Below are positions 32,677 to 43,714 of a stretch of DNA of 64,000 nt, in pieces. The notes below the pieces were generated by a model. It saw nothing but the letters and a program-made list of their open reading frames with translations, searched no databases and was not told where the DNA came from. This DNA is from a phage, in the sequence record PX104380.1. One strand, given 5' to 3'. The position numbers and the translations under genes were made by a program. The stretch's first letter is position 1. The number at the start of each line of letters is the position of its first letter.

Positions 32677-32942
32677 TATTCATCCTTCAGAGTTTGGTTT
32701 ACAACTCTATTATAAATCAATTCATCATTAAGCTCAGGCAAAGACTTATGATATGTAGTTCTAACTTTATTTCCTTGCATCCAGTGCTTGACGTAAATGA
32801 AACCTTGCTCTACACATTTTTTAAAAATTCGTTCGTCTTTTTGAGCTCGGAATTCTGGATTGCATCTAAAAAATTGATTTACGTGACCGTAATCACGTGT
32901 AGTATTACCTTCATTTTCATAAATAGTATGAACAACAAACAT
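32676..32942 (-). CDS. 30.1: hypothetical protein (30.1 position)
   Basis: 88 aa; TAATG overlap with ligase start; SD AAGGAG. Confidence 0.6.
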   Translation of the reverse strand: MFVVHTIYENEGNTTRDYGHVNQFFRCNPEFRAQKDERIFKKCVEQGFIYVKHWMQGNKVRTTYHKSLPELNDELIYNRVVNQTLKDE

Positions 32943-33778
32943 TAGAATGCTCCTTGGAAAATATTATCACCACTAGTAGGTCTATTATACAAATACTCTA
33001 TGCCACCAGGTTTAATATAGTTCCATGTCTGAAACGGATGTGTCTGATATGGATGATATAGATTATAAGGATTAAATCCAGGAGTTCTCCAGGTAGTGTT
33101 CCAAGGAAAAGAATCGTTTTTAACCATCTTCTCGATTACATCTTTTATAGCTTTTTCACGATCAAAACTTTCTTTATTTTCCTTCGGTGAAAAAAGCTTA
33201 TTCTCTACATCATTCCATGTATAAACTCGCTGTGCAGTTTTTGGAATACTGTCACGCTCCCCTCGAGCCATCCAATAAACAGGAACATTTAATATTTCAC
33301 TCGCGTGATCGCAGTGGTGAGCGAGATCGTCAATATAACAAATTACGTTATATTTCTCTTTTGCTTTTTTGAACAACTCTTCTTTTGAAGAATCATGACC
33401 ACACATCAATACTTCTGAGAAGGCACCAGGAAAAAGAGCATTCAAATTAAATTGACGATTCAGCAGAGCGTCAATAGAATCACCCAGTGCTGTAACAGCT
33501 ACAAAATTATAATCTTCTTTTAATTTGTTAATTACACACAGAGCATCTTTATATGGAGACAAGTAACGAATAAAATCCGAACGATTGTATTTTTCAATTA
33601 ACTTGACGCCAAGTTCTTCGTCGCAATTAAAGAGTTTACCTGGAGAAATAAATTTCTCATCTTGGATCATTTTTAAAATATGTTCTAACGGAAGATTATA
33701 TTTCTGAGCAAAATAAGGAAGGCCTGATTGCCAGCTTAAACATACTCCATCAATATCAGTTAAAATAGTAGGCTTCAT
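32942..33778 (-). CDS. 30.2: HAD-like hydrolase (30.2 position)
   Basis: 278 aa; HAD motif I LTDIDGV near N-terminus and DD motif YIDDLAHH. Confidence 0.7.
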   Translation of the reverse strand: MKPTILTDIDGVCLSWQSGLPYFAQKYNLPLEHILKMIQDEKFISPGKLFNCDEELGVKLIEKYNRSDFIRYLSPYKDALCVINKLKEDYNFVAVTALGDSIDALLNRQFNLNALFPGAFSEVLMCGHDSSKEELFKKAKEKYNVICYIDDLAHHCDHASEILNVPVYWMARGERDSIPKTAQRVYTWNDVENKLFSPKENKESFDREKAIKDVIEKMVKNDSFPWNTTWRTPGFNPYNLYHPYQTHPFQTWNYIKPGGIEYLYNRPTSGDNIFQGAF

Positions 33779-34233
33779 AGAGAGTCTCTTAATAGGTTTA
33801 ACACATCAATAAATTCAGCTTCGGTTAGTATTGTATCATCTTTTGTTAGACCACTAGCCATGCTATGCTTCAAAATTTTTCCTTTAGAGGCTTGTAAGGC
33901 ATCACGAAACCCCTTGTTTTGAATCGCTGCTTCAAAATATGCATTTGTATACAACTCTTTCCATGCTGCAGAGTATCTTGAAAAGGGAATTCCAAGCCAG
34001 AAAAGCGTCCCACGGTCCGCAGCTCTTGCATAAGCTCTTCCACTTTGCTGGGCGGCCAATCCGGAGAGCCTAAATATACGACGTTGTTGTTCAACATTTT
34101 TCACCTTGCATCCTTGGAGGAATCCTTCAAGACCTCCGAATTGAATACCATCCATGACGAAAGGCCATTGGGCGAAATTACTTAATGCGCATGATGGCCA
34201 TCTAAAATTGCTTCTAATCTCTAACTCAGACAT
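33775..34233 (-). CDS. 30.3: NADAR (YbiA/DUF1768)-family protein (30.3 position)
   Basis: 152 aa from ATG 34233 (ORF track starts at in-frame TTG 34239); NADAR-like segment FRWPSCALSNFAQWPFVMDGIQFGGLEGFLQGCK. Confidence 0.7.
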   Translation of the reverse strand: MSELEIRSNFRWPSCALSNFAQWPFVMDGIQFGGLEGFLQGCKVKNVEQQRRIFRLSGLAAQQSGRAYARAADRGTLFWLGIPFSRYSAAWKELYTNAYFEAAIQNKGFRDALQASKGKILKHSMASGLTKDDTILTEAEFIDVLNLLRDSL

Positions 34234-34432
34234 TTTCAATACTTATAATTTCAACATCAGCCCAATGACCATAGCAAGGAAGACGAAATTCAACTGGCCA
34301 GTTAGGGTCCTTTTCTAATATAATAGACTTAACTTGTGGTTCTTCGTGTTCATCAGTATACGGATTTTTATCTGTTACTTTATATGTGACCTTAATGTAC
34401 TGAATTCCAAAAATCTTATTAATTATATTCAT
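34226..34432 (-). CDS. hypothetical protein, 68 aa
   Basis: ATG with SD AAAGGA; ATGA overlap with upstream gene. Confidence 0.5.
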   Translation of the reverse strand: MNIINKIFGIQYIKVTYKVTDKNPYTDEHEEPQVKSIILEKDPNWPVEFRLPCYGHWADVEIISIENV

Positions 34433-34626
34433 ACTAATTCCTTTAATCCGTAGATAGGAGATAATTCATCACCCATACGAAGGTCTTCATTTCCATCTAC
34501 CCAGGAAACAATATAAGCCTCTTTTACTTGAACATCTCCCAATTTAAATGCGGGTAAAACCTTAGAAATTAATCCAGGTATACCAACTCCCTTTAATTCA
34601 ACAGTTTGGCCTAAAAAGAATTTCAT
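34429..34626 (-). CDS. hypothetical protein, 65 aa
   Basis: ATG with SD GAGG; TAATG overlap. Confidence 0.5.
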   Translation of the reverse strand: MKFFLGQTVELKGVGIPGLISKVLPAFKLGDVQVKEAYIVSWVDGNEDLRMGDELSPIYGLKELV

Positions 34627-34913
34627 TAAAACCTCATCTGAAAACCATGCGATTTAACATTACCGCCATTAATATCAGAACTATTAATTTCACGTGCAAT
34701 TGAGGGATCAATGTCAATTTCGCCATTAAGTTTAACGATAGCTAAAGTATCGCGCCCATTTACAGTACGGAACTCTAAAGGGCAGACTACATTAACGTAG
34801 TTTTTAATCGATTCACTGGTAGGTTGCAAATGAGCAGGAAGGTCTTTAGGCGCCTTAGAGAAAACCACTTCACAGAAATTTTTGCGGGTATCAAAATAAG
34901 TAGTCATAAACAT
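34626..34913 (-). CDS. hypothetical protein, 95 aa
   Basis: ATG 34913 with SD GAGGA; ORF track start is an upstream TTG reading through a UUCG hairpin at 34930-34945. Confidence 0.5.
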   Translation of the reverse strand: MFMTTYFDTRKNFCEVVFSKAPKDLPAHLQPTSESIKNYVNVVCPLEFRTVNGRDTLAIVKLNGEIDIDPSIAREINSSDINGGNVKSHGFQMRF

Positions 34914-34953
34914 AATATTTTCCTCAGTAAGGGGCCGAAGCCCCTGTTTTATT

Positions 34954-35319
34954 TTAAATATCAAATTCGTTAAGAACTACATCAAAGATTGCTTCAAGAT
35001 GCTCAGGTTTAGCTCTATTACTCAGAATATGACGAATCCAAGTTTTAACAAGAAGCTTGCGATTAACGCCATTCCAGCAAGGATGAGCCCCTAAATCACG
35101 TTGACGAAAATCATCATCTAATGCGATTTTAAAAGAAGAACCTTCTTTCGTGATTGAAACTGTAATACCGTTTTCAAATCGCATATACACATAGTTAGGA
35201 GTCATATACTGTTCAATTTCGCATACTGATCCATTTTGATGTTTCCAAAGGCAAATAGTATCAATAGAACCTGCAATACCATTAGAAACATATTTACGTT
35301 CAAAGTTGATGTAGTTCAT
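34954..35319 (-). CDS. hypothetical protein, 121 aa
   Basis: ATG with SD GGAGA; early promoter upstream. Confidence 0.55.
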   Translation of the reverse strand: MNYINFERKYVSNGIAGSIDTICLWKHQNGSVCEIEQYMTPNYVYMRFENGITVSITKEGSSFKIALDDDFRQRDLGAHPCWNGVNRKLLVKTWIRHILSNRAKPEHLEAIFDVVLNEFDI

Positions 35320-35355
35320 TTTTGTTCTCCGAGATGTTTAATTGCGGTACAGGTA

Positions 35356-35385
35356 TATAATATCATATCCTGTACCAAAGTAAAC
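35356..35385 (-). promoter_or_regulatory. T4-type early promoter (GTTTAC-N18-TATTAT) with -10 inside the loop of an 8-bp inverted repeat
   Basis: -35 begins 2 nt after the upstream stop; inverted repeat GGTACAGG / CCTGTACC at 35346-35376. Confidence 0.5.
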
Positions 35386-35387
35386 AA

Positions 35388-35720
35388 TTATTTTACTACT
35401 TTCCAGTGCTGCATGTCAAGTTTACCGACTTTTTTCATCTTCTCAATTAAGCGTTCGGCACGTTGGCGAGCTGTAACATAATACCATTCACCTAATTCAT
35501 TTTGTTCAATTTTTCCAACGATTACTGTATTCAATTCATAAATCCAACCAGTAAAGAAATTATGAACTTGAATTGTAAAGGTGAAATCTGTTCCCATACC
35601 TTCTGTTGTTTCTACTTCAATAATATCACCTTCAACTGCCATTAAGAACCACATAGTTTCATCATATTTACCATTGAAGCATTTAGTTTTAACTGCAGCG
35701 TTCAGATTAATCGTTTTCAT
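35388..35720 (-). CDS. hypothetical protein, 110 aa
   Basis: ATG with SD AAAGGAG. Confidence 0.55.
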   Translation of the reverse strand: MKTINLNAAVKTKCFNGKYDETMWFLMAVEGDIIEVETTEGMGTDFTFTIQVHNFFTGWIYELNTVIVGKIEQNELGEWYYVTARQRAERLIEKMKKVGKLDMQHWKVVK

Positions 35721-35747
35721 TTTATTCTCCTTTGTTTGTGTAAGATA

Positions 35748-35777
35748 ATACTATCACAAAGGAACCATACTGTAAAC
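35748..35777 (-). promoter_or_regulatory. T4-type early promoter (GTTTAC-N17/18-TAGTAT)
   Basis: GTTTAC and TGTGATAGTAT upstream of the 110-aa ORF. Confidence 0.45.
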
Positions 35778-35801
35778 AACTTTGTGCAATCTTTGGAAAA
35801 T

Positions 35802-35825
35802 AAAAAAGGACTCCCGAAGGAGTCC
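35802..35825 (-). terminator. hairpin GGACUCC-UUCG-GGAGUCC plus UUUUUU, 3' of 30.9
   Basis: 7-bp stem followed by six U on the minus strand. Confidence 0.6.
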
Positions 35826-35830
35826 TTAAC

Positions 35831-36007
35831 TTATGCTTTCTGCTTACCAAAACGAGAAGCATCATCTCGAAGAACCGCACGTGCTCGGCGCATGATCTTC
35901 TCAACAGTTTGATTGATACGAGAGTTCGACCCACGCTTGTAGCCAGCGCGTTTAGAATCACCAACTTTCTTTTCAACTGCTTTCTTTGCTTTAGCTTGTT
36001 TTGCCAT
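35831..36007 (-). CDS. 30.9: hypothetical basic protein (30.9 position)
   Basis: 58 aa from ATG 36007 (MAKQAKAKK...); an in-frame ATG at 36049 would give 72 aa. Confidence 0.55.
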   Translation of the reverse strand: MAKQAKAKKAVEKKVGDSKRAGYKRGSNSRINQTVEKIMRRARAVLRDDASRFGKQKA

Positions 36008-36251
36008 TATAAATTCTCTTTTAAATGAAAATGCAGGACTTATTGGCATTGCCTGCGAAAGCCCTCAAAGGGGTACTTAGGTTTTGAATATTTACCGACA
36101 GGATAACCATAAACCCGTCATCATTCACATTCAAGAGGTACACCATAAAACTGCCGGGGTCTTAAAACTATAATGATTCGCAAATCATTAATCAGACAGT
36201 TCGACGGCTCCTCGATTTTAGCTCACACTAAGGCAGTGAATCTCCAATAAA

Positions 36252-36500
36252 TTACTTCAGTGTTACCACAAAGTGACGAACTGCTTTTCGTGCAGCAGAA
36301 GCCAGAGGCTTAGCATATTTAAGTTCATCTTTTTCCTGAAGCTCAGCAGCTAATGCAGTTTGAGCAGGATTCAGATGTTTGAAATAACGCAGGATTTCAA
36401 GAGCTTCGGCTTCAACATCAATAGATGCGCCATAGTTTTCGTGACCATTATTCCATGCGTTTCGTTGCAGTTCAAGAGCGTGTTGTAATTGTTTAATCAT
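36252..36500 (-). CDS. rIII: lysis inhibition accessory protein rIII
   Basis: 82 aa; T4 size and position upstream of 30.9. Confidence 0.85.
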   Translation of the reverse strand: MIKQLQHALELQRNAWNNGHENYGASIDVEAEALEILRYFKHLNPAQTALAAELQEKDELKYAKPLASAARKAVRHFVVTLK

Positions 36501-36647
36501 TTAAAAATTCTCGTTAGAGATTAAAACTCGGTAGTCACGTTCTTCTGAATTTCATCTTCTTTCGACAGATCTCTCAGTTGTAGACTACCACATAGAATTG
36601 TTCGGTTAACTTATTATTCCGACACCCAATTCATATTATTATTTATA

Positions 36648-36983
36648 TCACTTATAAAGACACGGAATAGCTTTATAGTGACAAGTAACGAATTTTTGTT
36701 TAATTTCTTTTGGCTGCTTAAGACCCAGAGCTACAAAAGGATGCGGAACATTTCGAATTTGACCAACTGGAAGAGAAGTCAAATCACCGACTTCGCAGAA
36801 ACCTTCAGGAACATCAGGACCAACAGAGTGAACTACACACAGTTCAGGAACTTCACCTTGAACACGTTTACCGATAATAAGTCCTGATTCTGTAACTTCT
36901 TCATCACCGGCTTGTGCAGGTTCAGAAACTAAAATAACATATTCACCGACAGCACGAATTGGTAGCTGTTGTACTTCAGACAT
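36648..36983 (-). CDS. 31: head assembly co-chaperonin gp31 (GroES-like)
   Basis: 111 aa; SD AAAGGA; T4 size. Confidence 0.93.
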
Positions 36984-37013
36984 CGTTTTTCCTTTTTGTT
37001 AACAGATGAATTA

Positions 37014-37041
37014 ATAATAACAAATAATTCTTAAAGCATTT
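37014..37041 (-). promoter_or_regulatory. MotA-dependent middle promoter for gene 31
   Basis: consensus MotA box AAATGCTTTA fused to the 31.1 stop, 12-nt spacer, then TATTAT. Confidence 0.55.
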
Positions 37042-37348
37042 ATTTACCAATAAATTGAAGCAAATGCTCAACTTTCATACCATTAACGGAAATCAATTTG
37101 TCAATAGAAAAACCTCGCCATGCACCAAGCTCAACATCAAATACTGGAATCATATCCGTAGATTCTTTCCGAGTAGATTCAGTCAATTTACCAGTTTGCA
37201 TGGTTGGCATAAAGTCTGCATCACGAGTACCTTTCATAGTACGAATAGTACCATCAGACTTTTCAAAAACTACGTTTGAAACACCCATGGACAATTTGGT
37301 TTTCAAAATTTCGCGAATTGCTACTTTCTGCTCAGTTGTCAGTTTCAT
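37040..37348 (-). CDS. 31.1: hypothetical protein (31.1 position)
   Basis: 102 aa, ATG start. Confidence 0.6.
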   Translation of the reverse strand: MKLTTEQKVAIREILKTKLSMGVSNVVFEKSDGTIRTMKGTRDADFMPTMQTGKLTESTRKESTDMIPVFDVELGAWRGFSIDKLISVNGMKVEHLLQFIGK

Positions 37349-37585
37349 TTATTTACCTATTACAGTTTTAATATGAGTTGTTCCACGTTCTTTAAGGGTG
37401 GAAAGTAATTTTTGACATTTTTCTAAATCAGATTTCCAACTATATGGTCTATCAATACAAACCCAATTTGTCTTATAATACTGCTTCCATTTAGAGAAAA
37501 AATATTTCTTATACTCTACAGCAAATGAAATATTCTCATTAGAATAAGAACTAATTGCTGTAAGCTTTACCAAACGAAATTTCAT
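37349..37585 (-). CDS. 31.2: hypothetical protein (31.2 position)
   Basis: 78 aa; TAATG overlap with cd. Confidence 0.6.
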   Translation of the reverse strand: MKFRLVKLTAISSYSNENISFAVEYKKYFFSKWKQYYKTNWVCIDRPYSWKSDLEKCQKLLSTLKERGTTHIKTVIGK

Positions 37586-38166
37586 TATTCACCGCAGAAT
37601 TCGTTGATATTTTCCCAGTTTAACTTATTCAAGTTTTTCTTAGGAACATTAAACACTTCAATACCCGCATTTCGCAGAATATCATCCCAGCCAGGTTTAT
37701 TTTTATCGTATGTTTCACAATAAACCAACTTTTTAATACCAGATTGAGCTATCGCTTTTGCACAATCTGGACAAGGAGAAAGTGTTACATACATAGTAGC
37801 ACCTTCAATAGAAGAACCATTTCGTGCAGCAAACAAAATTGCATTTAGTTCAGCATGAATTTCATTTTTAGATGACCATTCCGAGTGAGCACTACGATGT
37901 TCTTTCGCCAAGACAAAACGATCAGTTGAACCAAATGATACGCATTCAGGCTTATGACCTTGAATGATAGTATGTTTAGGTTTATTCAGCAACCAACCTT
38001 GCTCGGCGGCATAATCACAACAGTTCACACCACCGGCAGGCGAACCATTATACCCAGTAGAAATAATACGTCCATTCTTTTCAATTACTGCTCCTACCTT
38101 CCAGGAGCAACATTTTGATTCTTGTGATACTAAATATGCAATTTGAAGTACTGTACTCGCTTTCAT
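37585..38166 (-). CDS. cd: dCMP deaminase
   Basis: 193 aa; zinc motifs HAELNA and SPCPDCAKAI. Confidence 0.93.
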   Translation of the reverse strand: MKASTVLQIAYLVSQESKCCSWKVGAVIEKNGRIISTGYNGSPAGGVNCCDYAAEQGWLLNKPKHTIIQGHKPECVSFGSTDRFVLAKEHRSAHSEWSSKNEIHAELNAILFAARNGSSIEGATMYVTLSPCPDCAKAIAQSGIKKLVYCETYDKNKPGWDDILRNAGIEVFNVPKKNLNKLNWENINEFCGE

Positions 38167-38501
38167 TTCATAATCACCAGATAAGCAGATTTAGCAGTTT
38201 CAACACGATAAATTTCGTGACGAAGTTTAGTTATACTTTTAATAACAGAACTAATTATATTCTGCCCATCTTTAAAGCGGTTTTTCTTGTCAATAAAAAT
38301 TGCGCCAACCATCTTTTTGTGAAGCTCAACTGGATACTTCGTCACAATAATAGCATCATATACAGAAGGATGAATACTATTTACTAGAGTGTCATTCATT
38401 AAAGTTATTCTAATGAACTGTGCTGTTTCAGAGTCAAGCGCTCTATGATCGCCAGTGTCATTTTCAAGACAATTATCAATTATATCAGTTAAATTCATCA
38501 T
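38163..38501 (-). CDS. cd.1: hypothetical protein (cd.1 position)
   Basis: 112 aa; ATGA overlaps on both sides. Confidence 0.55.
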   Translation of the reverse strand: MMNLTDIIDNCLENDTGDHRALDSETAQFIRITLMNDTLVNSIHPSVYDAIIVTKYPVELHKKMVGAIFIDKKNRFKDGQNIISSVIKSITKLRHEIYRVETAKSAYLVIMK

Positions 38502-38737
38502 AGTACGCCATACACCCTTTGTGCTTCAACTAATCCATCAAAATCTAATTTAAGATGCGATATTTGATCGCCATCGCCTGGATTCACAATTACTAATACT
38601 GAACGAGGAGTTTCGGTAATAACACGAACCGATGTTTCAGGAAATCGTTCAGAAACCTTATTTACCAATTCCTGCGCAAATAGCTTAACTTTTTCTTGGA
38701 ATTCTTTAACAGTAATCGGTTTTTCACTTAGCAGCAT
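38498..38737 (-). CDS. cd.2: hypothetical protein (cd.2 position)
   Basis: 79 aa; SD GAGGA; early promoter upstream. Confidence 0.55.
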   Translation of the reverse strand: MLLSEKPITVKEFQEKVKLFAQELVNKVSERFPETSVRVITETPRSVLVIVNPGDGDQISHLKLDFDGLVEAQRVYGVL

Positions 38738-38766
38738 TTTGTTTTCCTCATTTGTTTGGTAGAGCT

Positions 38767-38796
38767 ATAATATCACAACTCTACCGTAAAGTAAAC
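38767..38796 (-). promoter_or_regulatory. T4-type early promoter (GTTTAC-N18-TATTAT) with -10 inside the loop of a 7-bp inverted repeat
   Basis: inverted repeat GGTAGAG / CTCTACC at 38758-38785; -35 begins 2 nt after cd.3 stop. Confidence 0.5.
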
Positions 38797-38798
38797 TA

Positions 38799-39074
38799 TT
38801 AAATTGCTTTGAATTCTGCTGTCTGCGATTCAAAACGAATATCGCCTTTGATGACTAGCTCAGCATCAAGACCGAATACAACAATGATATGCGCGGAACC
38901 TGGATACAGCGTAATGGCAATAGAATCCACCTGGTCTGGAAGCAAAGTGTTCAATACATGAGTCACTTGAGCATGAATTCGAAGCTCGGCTGCGTTATCA
39001 AGCTTTTCAAACATATTATTAGCGATAATTTGACTAAACACTACTTCTACGATTTTAGAATAAGTCGGAAACAT
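38799..39074 (-). CDS. cd.3: hypothetical protein (cd.3 position)
   Basis: 91 aa; SD GAGGT. Confidence 0.55.
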   Translation of the reverse strand: MFPTYSKIVEVVFSQIIANNMFEKLDNAAELRIHAQVTHVLNTLLPDQVDSIAITLYPGSAHIIVVFGLDAELVIKGDIRFESQTAEFKAI

Positions 39075-39076
39075 AT

Positions 39077-39277
39077 TTACCTCACATAATTTTCTTCAAG
39101 CCAATCGATAACATCCAAAGCGTTATCAAAAGTTGAACCATCTACTTTATCTTCTGTTTCATAGTCAAGAACATCTAAACCTACTCTTCCATTAACAATA
39201 GGCCATAAACAAAACAGGTATTTCTTTTCTTTTTCAATTTTATCACAAAGATGATAAATCTTTTCTAGATTATTCAT
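39077..39277 (-). CDS. cd.4: hypothetical protein (cd.4 position)
   Basis: 66 aa. Confidence 0.5.
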   Translation of the reverse strand: MNNLEKIYHLCDKIEKEKKYLFCLWPIVNGRVGLDVLDYETEDKVDGSTFDNALDVIDWLEENYVR

Positions 39278-39463
39278 AAGTTTTCCATGGTAAAGGCAGT
39301 TTAGTTTTCTTTACTGTTAGTTCAACATCAGGATTCTTTTCTCTCAATTTAAGACATTCCTCCCAAGCTCTGATTTCACTAGTGAATACACAAAATTGCC
39401 CATTACTAGTACCGACTAAACCACTATTTACAATAATAGCCCAAGTTTCATGATGCCATGCCA

Positions 39464-39464
<1 letters not shown>
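39270..39464 (-). CDS. cd.5: hypothetical protein (cd.5 position)
   Basis: 64 aa from the ATG that overlaps the pseT stop (TAATG); ORF track start 39494 lies inside pseT. Confidence 0.5.
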
Positions 39465-40664
<1,200 letters not shown>

Positions 40665-40668
<4 letters not shown>

Positions 40669-40901
40669 TTATTTTTCTCAACCAATGATTGAATATAATC
40701 ATGCAGGTCTTTAGATGCTTTACCCCACTTATTTTGATATTCATTTTTGAGATTAGCACGTGATTGAGCTAATAAAACATCATTAGTTGGAGGTAAAGAT
40801 TCTAACCGCTGAATCTGGCGTCCGTAAATCATTGCAGCCATCTCGGATTCATAAATCAATCCTTTGAGATGTTCAAATTGATGCCATGAAATCATTTGCA
40901 T
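40665..40901 (-). CDS. hypothetical protein, 78 aa
   Basis: ATG with SD AGAGGA. Confidence 0.5.
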
Positions 40902-41191
40902 TTATCCTCTTTTAACTCTTGACGATAATAACATATCATAGTTTTCTGATCATGTACATATCGTTTTACATCATTAAGCCAAATACGAAATTCCTGGGAA
41001 TCTTCAAATGGCATACCGACCCAAGCTTTACCATCAATAACTTTAACTTGCCAAGATAGTTTAGCTTCGTCATATGACTTTATTTGTACAGGCCAATTAG
41101 GATGAACTGTTTCTTTCTTTACTTCTAGAGGCTTTGTCGAACAACCAACTAGAAGACCAATAGATAATATTACTGCTGATAGTTTAATCAT
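40892..41191 (-). CDS. pseT.2: outer-membrane spanin lipoprotein (Rz1-like)
   Basis: 99 aa; signal peptide with lipobox LLVGC; directly downstream of the i-spanin. Confidence 0.7.
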   Translation of the reverse strand: MIKLSAVILSIGLLVGCSTKPLEVKKETVHPNWPVQIKSYDEAKLSWQVKVIDGKAWVGMPFEDSQEFRIWLNDVKRYVHDQKTMICYYRQELKEDKCK

Positions 41192-41541
41192 TTAGAAAGG
41201 TCCTGGATGTCTTCTGCGAACTTGTTGAAGGAGTTGTTGATTTGTTTTTCAACCAACCCTGGCTTACGAGCCACCACATCCGCCTTCTTTGTGTCTTTGC
41301 GCAGTTTTTCATTTTCACGCTCAATAGCAGCAATCGCCTCACGATTTTTATTATTCATCGCATCAATATAATTATACTGAATTCGCAAATTATCTAATGC
41401 TAAGGCGTTTTCATTGGCTGTTTTTGTAATTTCAGTAACTGATGTTTCTAATCTTTCTACCTTATTTTTTAAAATAATAGATGTTCCGCCTAATGCTATT
41501 ACAATTAATAGCAAACCTGCTGTAGTATTACTTAATTGCAT
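41188..41541 (-). CDS. pseT.3: inner-membrane spanin (Rz-like)
   Basis: 117 aa; N-terminal TM helix AGLLLIVIALGGTSIIL then coiled-coil-like region. Confidence 0.7.
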   Translation of the reverse strand: MQLSNTTAGLLLIVIALGGTSIILKNKVERLETSVTEITKTANENALALDNLRIQYNYIDAMNNKNREAIAAIERENEKLRKDTKKADVVARKPGLVEKQINNSFNKFAEDIQDLSK

Positions 41542-42038
41542 AAAGTTTTAATAACCTCTACAATATCATCTTGAGAAAGACCGTTAATTAAAATATGATG
41601 TTCAGCCGGAGATTTAGAAATTTTAAAGCATGCCTCAACATCTTCTGCCATATCCGATGCACTACGATTTGGATTACTAATTCCAAGACGATGCTTTCCA
41701 GTCAAAGGATTAACGATGATATAGCATTTGCAGCTATTGATATGAACATTAGGTTGAGTCTGATTAATGAACACTTCACAATCATACTTAGCGAGTTGAT
41801 TTTCTAAAAAGACTTTCATCTCCTCAACCGCATCAGGAAGCATATCACGGGCTTGCTCAAGACGACGATTTCGATATTCTTTAATGGTCGTTTTCCGCTT
41901 GACTTGCTTAGCTAAATCTTTCTTAAGATCGGTGATATATCCAACTCGACGATTTCCTTTAAATACAGAAATCCCATCCGTAGTATCACCGTATGCTTCA
42001 ACAACCATTTCAGTAGTAATAAGCTGCAAATCCATCAT
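41532..42038 (-). CDS. alc: Alc, inhibitor of host transcription
   Basis: 168-aa ORF (T4 Alc about 167 aa); position between rnlA and spanins; early promoter and SD upstream. Confidence 0.8.
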   Translation of the reverse strand: MMDLQLITTEMVVEAYGDTTDGISVFKGNRRVGYITDLKKDLAKQVKRKTTIKEYRNRRLEQARDMLPDAVEEMKVFLENQLAKYDCEVFINQTQPNVHINSCKCYIIVNPLTGKHRLGISNPNRSASDMAEDVEACFKISKSPAEHHILINGLSQDDIVEVIKTLCN

Positions 42039-42066
42039 AAAGTCCTCATGTTATGTCAGTAAGACT

Positions 42067-42096
42067 ACTATAACACAACACGAGGGACTTGTAAAC
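42067..42096 (-). promoter_or_regulatory. T4-type early promoter (GTTTAC-N18-TATAGT) for alc
   Basis: part of the 53-bp element 42044-42096, 51/53 identical to 26769-26821. Confidence 0.55.
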
Positions 42097-42099
42097 AGC

Positions 42100-43687
<1,588 letters not shown>

Positions 43688-43690
43688 AAT

Positions 43691-43711
43691 AAAATGGGCC
43701 TTGCGGCCCAC
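43691..43711 (-). terminator. hairpin UGGGCC-GCAA-GGCCCA plus U-run, 3' of nrdB
   Basis: 6-bp stem, GNRA loop, followed by UUUUAUU on minus strand. Confidence 0.55.
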
Positions 43712-43714
43712 TCC

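Noticed and set aside
35722-35976. 84-aa minus-strand ORF overlapping 30.9
   Set aside because: Out of frame with the better-supported basic 30.9 ORF and runs through the early promoter and terminator hairpin at 35748-35825.
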